Shown here: positions 25,574 through 34,927 of the stretch, piece by piece
How the letters are laid out: each line of letters opens with the position of its first letter
Numbering within the stretch: the stretch's first letter is position 1
Assembly (NCBI RefSeq): GCF_006345805.1
Contig: NC_043001.1
Location: forward strand, 89,404,001-89,468,000
DNA: 64,000 nt
Source of the DNA: Octopus sinensis
Taxonomy: Eukaryota
Direction: 5' to 3'
Made by a program: the position numbers and the translations under genes
Notes under the pieces: model-generated
The model's database searches: none
Told to the model about the DNA's origin: nothing
Seen by the model: only the letters and a program-made list of their open reading frames with translations

Positions 25574-28038
25574 TCAGGAAACCAACAAGCCACCTGGTCA
25601 CCTACCGATCGGGCCGGCATGCTAGCCAAATCGACTACATCCTCGCCAGAAAAAGGGAAAGATGGCTGCTTATAAATGCCAAAACCTTCCCGGGCGAAGA
25701 ATGCACCCCACAACATAGACTGGTAGTTACTGACTTTAGGATCAGGACTAAGAGGGCGACTAGAAGACGACCAACATGGAGAAGAAGGGTCTGGAAGCTT
25801 AAAGACCCTGCGAATGGACAGAGATTTAGAGATATGTTACTTGAAGCCTTTGACGAAGTGGAAGGGGGTATAGCTACACATGGGGTAGAAGACAACTGGA
25901 CGTTTCTGAGGGACAACCTGCTGAAAGCCGCTGACCAGATCTGTGGCTGGTGCAAAGTCCCCTTAAGACCCAAAATAACATGGTGGTGGAACAATATTGT
26001 TGATAGGGCTATTAGACAAAAGAAACAGGCTTGGAAGGCCTGGAAGAACGGTGGTAGCAGGGAAGTGTATCAGACTGCCAGAAGGGAAGCTAGGAGACAG
26101 GTCTATCTAGCCAGAGGGGAAGCAGATAAAAGAAAATTTGCCAATGTCCTGCGCCGTGAGGATGAAAGACTTGAGGTATTTCGTGTTGCAAGACAGTGTG
26201 TGAGAGAGAATCGAGATGTGGTAGGAGAGAAATGTGTTCGCATGGAGGATGGTTCACTTGCGTTAAATGAGGATGCAAAGAGAGAAGCTTGGAGACGCCA
26301 CTATGAAAGGTTGCTGAATGAGGAAAATGAATGGGATAAAGAGAGTCTGCCGAATGTTGACCCAACAGAGGGACCAGCTATCCGAGTTGATAGTTCCGTG
26401 GTAGCTAAGGCAATTAGAAGCATGAAGACAGGGAAAGCCCCAGGCCCATCAGGAATTACTGCAGAGATGCTCAAAATATCTGGTAGTGTCGGCTATAGCA
26501 TAGTCTCCCGTATAGTTAACCAGGTGATACACGAAGGAGTCATACCCAATGACTGGTGTAGCAGCATAATAGTCAACTGCTACAAAGGTAAAGGCGATGC
26601 CCTAGATACAAATAACTACAGGGGCATCAAGCTGTTGGATCAGGTAATGAAGGTTACGGAGAGGGTTATAGCCCAGTTAATTAGAGAGAGAGTTAGCTTA
26701 GATGATATGCAGTTTGGGTTCGTGCCAGGGAAAAGTACTACTGATGCTATATTCCTGGTAAGACAGCTGCAGGAGAAATACCTAGCCAAAGGTAAGCCCT
26801 TGTACCTGGCTTTTGTTGACTTAGAGAAAGCCTTTGACAGGGTCCCCCGATCCCTTATCTGGTGGTCAATGAGGAAACTAGGGATAGATGAATGGTTAGT
26901 GAGAGCTGTGCGAGCCATGTACAGAGACGCAGCTAGTAAGGTGAGGGTTGGCAACGAGTACAGTGAAGAATTCCGGGTAGAGGTTGGGGTCCACCAAGGT
27001 TCAGTCCTCAGCCCCCTCCTATTTATCATAGTCCTCCAGGCAATAACGGAAAAATTTAAGACAGGATGCCCCTGGGAGCTCCTATATGCTGATGACCTTG
27101 CTCTAATTGCTGAGTCACTATCAGAACTGGAGGAGAAGTTTCAGGTGTGGAAACAAGGATTAGAATCGAAGGGCCTTAGAATCAACCTAGCCAAAACCAA
27201 AGTCCTAATAAGTAGGAAGGTGGACCAACCACAAACGACTTCAGGTAGATGGCCCTGCTCGATCTGTAAAAAAGGTGTAGGTAGAAACTCTATAAGGTGC
27301 ACCAAGTGTAAGCTATGGACACATAAGAGGTGCAGCAATGTCAAAGGAAGGCTAACTAAGAAAATAGTTTTTGTCTGTGGCAGATGCTCAGGAGAAATAA
27401 ACACTGGAAATGTGCAGAGTCCAACTTCTACCACGTTCCAGGGAGACAAACTAGAAGTAGTTGATAGCTTCCGCTACCTAGGAGACCAAGTCAGTAGCGG
27501 GGGTGGGTGTGCTGAAAGCGTAACTGCTAGAGTAAGAATAGCCTGGGCAAAGTTTAGAGAGCTCTTACCCCTGCTGGGGACAAAAGGTCTCTCGCTAAGA
27601 GTAAAAGGCAGACTATATGATGCGTGTGTACGTACAGCCATGCTACATGGTAGTGAAACATGGGCCGTGACAGCTGAGGATATGCGTAAGCTTGCAAGAA
27701 ATGAAGCCTGTATGCTCCGATGGATGTGTAATGTCAGTGTTCATAATCGTCAGAGTGTAAGTACTTTGAGAGAAAAGTTGAACCTAAGAAGTGTCAGTTG
27801 TGGTGTGCAAGAGAGACGGCTGCGCTGGTATGGTCATGTGACGAGAATGGCTGAAGATAGTTGTGTGCAAAAGTGCTACACCCTAGCAGTTGAGGGAACC
27901 TGTGGAAGAGGTAGACCCAGGAAAACCTGGGACGAGGTGGTGAAGCACGACCTTCGAACTTTAGGTCTCACCAAGGAAATGACTGAAGACCGAGTCCTAT
28001 GGAAGTGTGCTGTGCACGAGAGGACCCGGCAGGACTAG
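25574..28038 (+). CDS. RTE LINE ORF2 (C-terminal end of APE endonuclease, RT, PHD-like finger, thumb); open but 5'-truncated
   Basis: SQIDYIL, QHRLVV, YRGIKLL, QFGFVPGKSTTDAIF, AFVDLEKAFDRVP, GVHQGSVLSPLLF, LLYADDLAL, FRYLG, RLRWYGHV and GRGRPRKTW motifs, with no stops over 2.46 kb. Confidence 0.95.
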
Positions 28039-30340
28039 TCAGGCCATATCCCGTGGCCCCTACCTGGGACGTAGTCGATCCACCTGTGCATACCTTCCTT
28101 CTTGTGACACTTGTGAAGACCTGCTGAGGCAAGTGAAAATCAAATCAATCAAAATAGATGAACATCAATGGAATTTGTATCTTTGTGGTACCAGTGCCTG
28201 TGGCACACAAGAAAACCATCCGAACGTGGCCGTAGCCAGTACCGCATCGACTGGCCTCCGTGCTGTGGGAACATGGTGGCACATAAAAACACCATCCGAA
28301 GACCCGGCAAGACTAGTCAGGTCATAACCCGTGGGCCCTACCTGGGACGTAGTCAGTCCACCTGTACATACCTTCCGACTTGTGAAGACCTGCTGAGGCA
28401 AGTGAAAATCAAATCAAATCAAATCAAAACAAATCAAAATAGATGAACATCAATGGAATTTGTATCCTTGTGGTACCAGTGCCAGTGGCACACAAGAATC
28501 CATCCGAACGTGGCCGTAGTCAGTACCGCTTGGCCGTAGTCAGTACCGCTTGTGGTACCAGTGCCGGTGGCACACAAGAATCCATCCGAACGTGGCCGTA
28601 GTCAGTACCGCATCACTGGCCATCGTGCTGTGGGCACATAACAAACACCATCCGGTCGTGGCCGTTCGCCAGCCTCATCTAGCACCTGTGTCGGTGGCAC
28701 ATAAAAACACCTTCCGAAGACCCGGCAAGACTAGTCAGGCCATAAACCATGGCCCCTACCTGGGACGTAGTCAGTCCACCTGTGCATACCTTCCTCCTTG
28801 TGATACTTGTGAAGGCCTGTTGAGGCAAGTGAAAATCAAAGGCCTGTTGAGGCAAGTGAAAATCAAAATCAAAATCAAATCAAAACAAATCAAAATAGAT
28901 GAACATCAATGGAATCTGTATCTTTGTGGTACCAGTGCCGGTGGCACACAAGAGAAAACCATCCGAAAGTGGCCGTAGCCAGTACCGCATCGACTGGCCT
29001 CCGTTCTGTGGGCACATGACAAACACCATCCGATCGTGGCCGTTCGCCAGCCTCATCTAGCACCTGTGTCGGTGGCACATAAAAACACCATCCGAAGACC
29101 CGGCAAGACTAGTCAGGCCATAACCCATGGCCCCTACCTGGGACGTAGTCAGTCCACCTGTGCATACCTTCCTTCTTGTGACACTTGTGAAGACCTGTTG
29201 AGGCAAGTGAAAATCAAATCAAATCAAAACAAATCAAAATAGATGAACATCAATGGAATCTGTATCTTTGTGGTACCAGTGCCGGTGGCACACACTTTGT
29301 GGTACCAGTGCCGGTGGCACACATGAGAACCATCCGAACGTGGCCGTAGCCAGTTCCGCATCGACCGGCCTCCGTGCTGTGGGCACGTAACAAACACCAT
29401 CCGATCATGGCCGTTCGCCAGCCTCATCTGGCACCTGTGTCGGTGGCACATAAAAACACCTTCCGAAGACCCGGCAAGACTAGTCAGTCCACCTGTGCAT
29501 ACCTTCCTTCTTGTGACACTTGTGAAGACCGGTTGAGGCAAGTGAAAATCAAATCAAATCAATCAAAATAGACAAAATAGATGAACATCAATGGAATTTG
29601 TATCTTGTGGTACCAGTGCCTGTGGCACACAAGAAATCCATCAGTGCCGTAGTCAGTGCGGTGGGCACATGACAAACACCATCCGATCGTGGCCGTTCGC
29701 CAGCCTCATCTAGCACCTGTGTCGGTGGCACATAAAAACACCATCCGAAGACCCGGCAAGACTAGTCAGGCCATAACCCATGGCCCCTACCTAGGACGTA
29801 GTCAGTCCACCTGTGCATACCTTCCTTCTTGTGACACTTGTGAAGACCTGTTGAGGCAAGTGAAAATCAAAATCAAATCAAAACAAATCAAAATAGATGA
29901 ACATCAATGGAATTTGTGTCTTTGTGGTACCAGTGCCGGTGGCACGTGGCACATAAGAAAACCATCCGAACGTGGCCGTAGCCAGTACCGCATCGACTGG
30001 CCTCCGTGCTGTGGGCACGTAACAAGCACCATCCGATCGTGGCCGTTTGCCAGCCTCATCTGGCACCTGTGTCGGTGGCACATAAAAACACCATCCGAGC
30101 GTGGCCGTCTGCCAGCCTCGTCTGGCACCTGTGTCGGTGGCACATAAAAACACCATCCGAGCGTGGCCGTCTGCTAGCCTCGTCTGGCACCTGTGTCGGT
30201 GGCACATAAAAAACGCCATCCGAGCGTGGCCGTCTGCCAGCCTCGTCTGGCACCTGTGTCGGTGGCACATAAAAACACCATCCGAGCGTGGCCGTTTGCC
30301 AGCCTCGTCTGGCACCTGTGTCGGTGGCACATAAAATCAC
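28021..30340 (+). repeat. Nested tandem array in RTE 3' UTR: six ~280-420-bp units followed by five 62-bp units
   Basis: Large units start (A/G)AGACCCGGCA(A/G)GACTAG at about 28021, 28299, 28717, 29095, 29466 and 29748. The 62-bp units start at 30041, 30103, 30165, 30228 and 30290. Confidence 0.95.
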
Positions 30341-30789
30341 CCACTACACTCTCGGAGTGGTTGGCGTTAGGAAGGGCATCCAGCTGTAGAAACACTGCCA
30401 GATCTGACTGGACTGGTGCAGCTTTCGGGCTCCCCAGACCCCAGTTGAACCGTCCAACCCATGCTAGCATGGAAAGCGGACGTTAAATGATGATGATGAT
30501 GTGACTATGGGGAGGCTCCTTTATTGTCTTCATTAGAGACAGTATATGTAAGATATGATTTTGTTAGCCTTGTTATAAGAATTATCATGAAGATGGCCGT
30601 GTGGGTTAGGTAAAAATCTGGTACTCTGTTGGTTATAACAAGGGTTCCAGTTGATCTGACCAATGGAACAGCCTGCTCAGGAAATTAATATGCAAGTGGT
30701 TGAGCACATGACAGACATGCATGGCCTTAATGTAGTTCTCACAGAGATTCAGCATGATAGAATGTGACAAGGCTGGCCCTTCAAATTAC

Positions 30790-30932
30790 AGGTACTGCTC
30801 GTTTTTGCGAATTGAGTGGACTGCAGTAATGTAAAATAAAGTGTCTTGTTCAAGGACACATGAGTGGCTGGGAATCGAGCACATGACCTCATGATCATGA
30901 GCCAAATACCCTAACTACCAAGCCATGCACCT
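30790..30932 (-). mobile_element. tRNA-derived SINE family C
   Basis: Reverse complement GGTGCATGGCTTGGTAGTTAGGG...CTCGATTCCCAGCC...GTGTCCTTGAACAAGACACTTTA. A similar copy lies at about 63260-63390 (-). Confidence 0.6.
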
Positions 30933-31679
30933 TTACTATGGATTAGGTATTGAGCTTGCAAATTAAAGAACACTATATTCTACCTTACTGCAGTTTATCT
31001 AGTCATTAGAAATAAGCAGCAGATTGTCTGGAAGTGTTAGCTGCAATAGACAGGTGCTTTGTTCAAGGAGAAAGAGTCAGCTTTCATTGGTTCATGTCAA
31101 AACTGGAGGAAAGTACCATCTTGTCTGAAGCCTAAGTGGCAAGTATTACAAGACATAATGGCATAATCATTAAAGCTTCAACAAAAAAAATGCTGTGGTA
31201 TTTGTTTCTGTTCATTATGCTCTGAGTTCAAACTTCACAAGTTCAACTCTGTTTTTCATCCTTTTGGGGGTTGATAAAATACAGTACTAGTCAAGTATTG
31301 GTGTTGATGGTATTAACTAATTTGCTCCCCTCAAAATTTTACCTAAATTAGAAACCAATTTTAGTTATGTGTACCAAAAATACACATGTAATCTGTTTAC
31401 CTTTTTTGTCTTTTACGTTTTACTCATAGGCTTGTGACCCTGCTGGGGTACTGCCTTGAAAGGTCTATAAGTTCAGTACTTATTTTTAAGCCTGGTACTT
31501 ATTATATCAGTATCTTTTATGGAACCACTAAGTTACAGGGATGTAAACAAACCAACACCAGTTGTCAAGTAGTAGTGGTTTACAAACATATTCACTCATT
31601 CATTGTATAACCAGACTATCAGATGTTATATACTGCTGATAATAAAGCACTTCCAATTCTTTCTTAATTGTGCCCTTCT

Positions 31680-31985
31680 TTTCAACCTTGGCCTAAATTG
31701 TTGAACTAAATTGTCTTCCTATTATTGTGGACACCTTCTGAATGGCTTTCTCCAATCTTTTGGATACCATTTGGCAACTTCAAAAGTCCACCTGTTGTCT
31801 GTGAACATTCTGGCATGTTTGGCCCAGTGGAACTTATGCTCTCAGTTTTCTGTGATCACATCATTCACTACTCCTTTTCCAAATCACCTCATTTTAGATA
31901 TGTTCTTGCAAGATATTCCTAAAATGGATCTTTCTAAAGCCCTTTGTGTTGTTGCCATCAATATTCTTCCATCTTCTTAATATCC
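31680..31985 (-). mobile_element. Degenerate fragment of a second RTE-type (Expander/RTE-1-like) LINE
   Basis: - strand reads TQRALERSILGI...KFHWAKHARMFTDNRWTFEVAKWYPKDWRKP, matching the TQRxMERxMLG...KWRWAGH.AR..DNRWT...WYP C-terminal signature. Confidence 0.75.
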
Positions 31986-32049
31986 TACGTCACACATGCA
32001 TATATGAGTTTCAATTGAGAAGGGAGTCAAGCAAAGATATATATATATA

Positions 32050-32465
32050 TATATGGAAAAAAAAAAGTCAAGGTAGAAAGTGCTAAAATAATTTTATAAA
32101 AAACATTTCAGTACTGGTTTCAGTCATTGAAACTTTTTCAACTGTGAGTATGGAAAACAATTAAATTTTGGAAAACTTAAAAGAAAAGTTTTTAAAAGAA
32201 TATTTGCATAGTGTTCAAATACAGGTGGCATTTTCCTTGTTTCTGCCTGTTTCTAACTCTCTTGTTCAGGCAAAAACAAGGAAAATGCCACCTGTATTTG
32301 AACACTATGCAAATATTCTTTTAAAAACTTTTCTTTTAAGTTTTCCAAAATTTAATTGTTTTCCATACTCACAGTTGAAAAAGTCTCAATGACTGAAACT
32401 GGTACTGATATGTTTTTTATAAAATTATTTTAGCATTTTCTACCTTGACTTTTTTTCCCATATAT
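32050..32465. mobile_element. Foldback / MITE-like element: ~200-bp near-perfect inverted repeat with 17-nt loop, in (TA)n
   Basis: Left arm 32050-32249 is the reverse complement of 32267-32465, with only a handful of mismatches seen by eye. Loop 32250-32266. TA repeats on both flanks. Confidence 0.9.
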
Positions 32466-32519
32466 ATCAACTCGTGTGTTCCTTTTCAACCTACACACAC
32501 ACACACACACACATATATA

Positions 32520-32686
32520 GGTGCAGGTGAGGCTGTGTGGGAAGAAATTTGGTTCATGACCTCATGGTTCTGGGTTCATTCTCATTGTGTAGCACCTTGG
32601 CTAATTGTCTTCTACTGTAGCTTCTGGTCTGCCAAAGCCTTCTGAGTGGATTTGGCAGGCAGAAACTGAAAGAAGCCCATTGTATG

Positions 32687-32724
<38 letters not shown>

Positions 32725-32872
32725 GCTTCTACACAGTTTCTGTCTAAATTCTCTCACAAGGCTTAGAGTTATACTAGAAGATACTTGCCCAAGTTACCAA
32801 GCAGTGGGACTGAACCCTAAACCTTGTGGTTTTGTAAAGCAAGCTTTTTAGCCACACAGCTATGCTTGTGCC
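32520..32872. mobile_element. Two adjacent SINE family A copies in inverted orientation
   Basis: + copy at about 32520-32682 and - copy at about 32722-32872, separated by (TA)n. Confidence 0.8.
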
Positions 32873-32930
32873 TATATAGGCTTTATTTTTTCTTATGTAA
32901 CTTAAAAGTTATTTTGCTATTTCATTACAG

Positions 32931-33196
32931 ACCCTCCGTCCTACACAGAATGTCTCTTGCAAGATCTGGCTGCAGCACGAGCCTCAGCTTCACAGAACAT
33001 ACAAAAGGAGAAAATGGAATTAGGTACTGTACCTTCAGAGAAGCCACCAATCTCTTCTTACACACCCAGTTTCCCTACTGATGATGAACTGACTGGATTG
33101 ATGAATCATTCAAGCCGTACTACCACCATCACCACCACCAATACAAACGTTAACATTAATTCAACCACAGCCGACAGTGACTTTGATCATATTTAA
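32931..33196 (+). CDS. ARRDC: Alpha-arrestin terminal coding exon 7 with PPxY motif
   Basis: ttcattacag acceptor at 32930. Phase 1 gives D-PPSYTECLLQDLAAAR...SDFDHI*, stop TAA 33194-33196. Exon lengths sum to 1365 nt = 454 aa + stop. Confidence 0.9.
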
Positions 33197-33239
33197 TAAC
33201 AAGCACTAAATCCATATACTCCACTGTATCTCTGATCAG

Positions 33240-33279
<40 letters not shown>

Positions 33280-34085
33280 AAAGTGAGCTCTTGATAACCT
33301 TGTTTCCACTACTAATACAAGCATTAATGACAGTTCAAGAAATTTTGACTGTTTTTAATTATATGGGATAATAATAATAACTAATACTAAATGAATTTCC
33401 ATCCTATCTTTGATCTGAGTAAGAGAGCGAAAGGTAACCCATAATAACTTAGTTAACTCCACCAGTATAACCATTAACAACAACTTAACCACTGTTCACA
33501 GTGGTTTCAATAATATGGTTTAATAATACTAACTAACACTAAATTCATTAGTTCCCATCTTACCTCTGATCTGAGAGAGTCAGAGAGCAAAAAAGAACTA
33601 ACGATAACTTTGTTACCATCACTAGTATAAGTATTAATGACAATTTAACCAGTGCTGACAATAATTTCAATAATATGCATTAATAATAATATCTAATGTT
33701 AAATTCATTAATTCATTCTGTATCTCTGATCAGAGAGGGAGGGAGAAAGAGTGAAAGAGAGCCCCTAATAACTTAGTTACCACTACTTAAAATATAACTG
33801 ACTCTTCAACACTGTGCAGTTAGTTTTTTCATTAATATGGATTAATTATAACTAGTGCTAAATTGATTAACCCCTATCTTATCTTTGATCAGAGAGAGAG
33901 AGAGAGTGAAAGAGAGCCCTCAAATAGCTTTGTTACCACTATTAATACAGATATTAATGACAATTGAATAAATTTTGACAGTTTTCATTAATATGGATTG
34001 ATAATAACTAGCACTAAATTCATTCAGTCCCACTGTATCTCAGATCAGAGAGAGGGAGAGAAAGAAAAAGAAAGAAAAAGTGCAA
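33140..34085 (+). repeat. Diverged tandem array of ~156-178-bp units spanning the arrestin stop codon and proximal 3' UTR
   Basis: TGATC(A/T)GA-(GA)n anchors at 33233, 33411, 33567, 33727, 33886 and 34042, each preceded by (A/G)CTAAAT and followed by TTACCAC...ATTAA...AATATGG-like blocks. Confidence 0.85.
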
Positions 34086-34891
34086 AGGAGTGTCCTCAAT
34101 AATTTTGGCCATGGCCTTTCCACTTTAAATGTTGCTACATCCAAACTAAAACATTGAAGTGAAAAGAAAACTGGTTCAAACTTGCATAACCTTTATAGAG
34201 GAATAGATGTTTAGTTTGCTACCAAACTGTGTAATTGAGAAGATGAAACTGAATTGTAATGCTGAAATGATGGAAAATTATGATTATGTTGATAATTCTT
34301 CAAAAGATTCCCTCCGTTTTTCAGAAAATATCTGTCCACAAAACTATTTCTTCTTTATCAAAAGCACCACCTTCTTTATCACTTCATGATTCTGTTTCTG
34401 TTTTCAAGTGTCTATGTCTTCTGTCTATATCAGTCTAAATATATTGTGATATCAGTTTGGACACCCACTCTGCTACACAGCTTTAATATTGAACGTTTCA
34501 TTGGTTACATATAAAGGTCTGTGAATTAGTGCATAACGATGATGTTGAAGAAACAAACTAAAAAATATTACATTTCAGTTTCTTCCTGTTGCTCAGGGCA
34601 TTGTGGGTACTTTTATGCATGCACACACACACGCACACACTGTATTTGCTGGTCTATAAGACACTCTTTCATAAGACAAACCCATACTTTTTTGTGGAGA
34701 AAAAGGTATATTTTGTGTATAAACGAATTTAATATGCTTCATCATACACTCATCCACTCACTATCCCACCTGTAATACAATTGCGTTAGATGCATACCAA
34801 TGTTTTTTTACAATTCAAAATAAAAATGCTCATCTGATACACTGGCGAATTCGGTGGATACACATACATATACGTACATATATATGTGAAT

Positions 34892-34927
<36 letters not shown>

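Larger units (their letters stand above)
25574..30499 (+). mobile_element. Young 5'-truncated RTE-clade LINE (copy 1) with expanded 3' UTR, in arrestin intron 6, sense orientation
   Basis: Uninterrupted ORF to 28038, (TGA)n tail ending 30499, candidate 7-bp TSD TGTGACT at 25567-25573 and 30500-30506. Confidence 0.95.

Noticed and set aside
24939-25574. In-frame arrestin-RT fusion by splicing exon 6 to the acceptor at 25559
   Set aside because: Exon 6 ends in phase 1 but the acceptor enters the RT frame in phase 2, so the product is out of frame and stops early.
25635-27449. Antisense ORFs over RTE copy 1 (and 41856..42641 over copy 2)
   Set aside because: Shadow frames of the RT coding sequence, with no independent motifs.
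28105-28145. Hammerhead ribozyme core (CTG(C/T)TGAGGCAAGTGAAA) in each large unit
   Set aside because: The invariant A of CUGANGA is replaced by C or U, and no stem I/III pairing with a cleavage triplet is evident. It is better explained as the loop and 3' arm of a CACTTG/CAAGTG hairpin.
28021-30340. CRISPR-like repeat-spacer array next to a reverse transcriptase
   Set aside because: The intervening segments are homologous to each other rather than unique spacers, the context is a eukaryotic LINE 3' UTR with a (TGA)n tail, and no cas-like ORFs are present.
28007-30486. The many 60-165-aa ORFs on both strands in the array
   Set aside because: They are translations of the GC-richer tandem UTR units, repeated in several frames and strands with frame-breaking indels between units.
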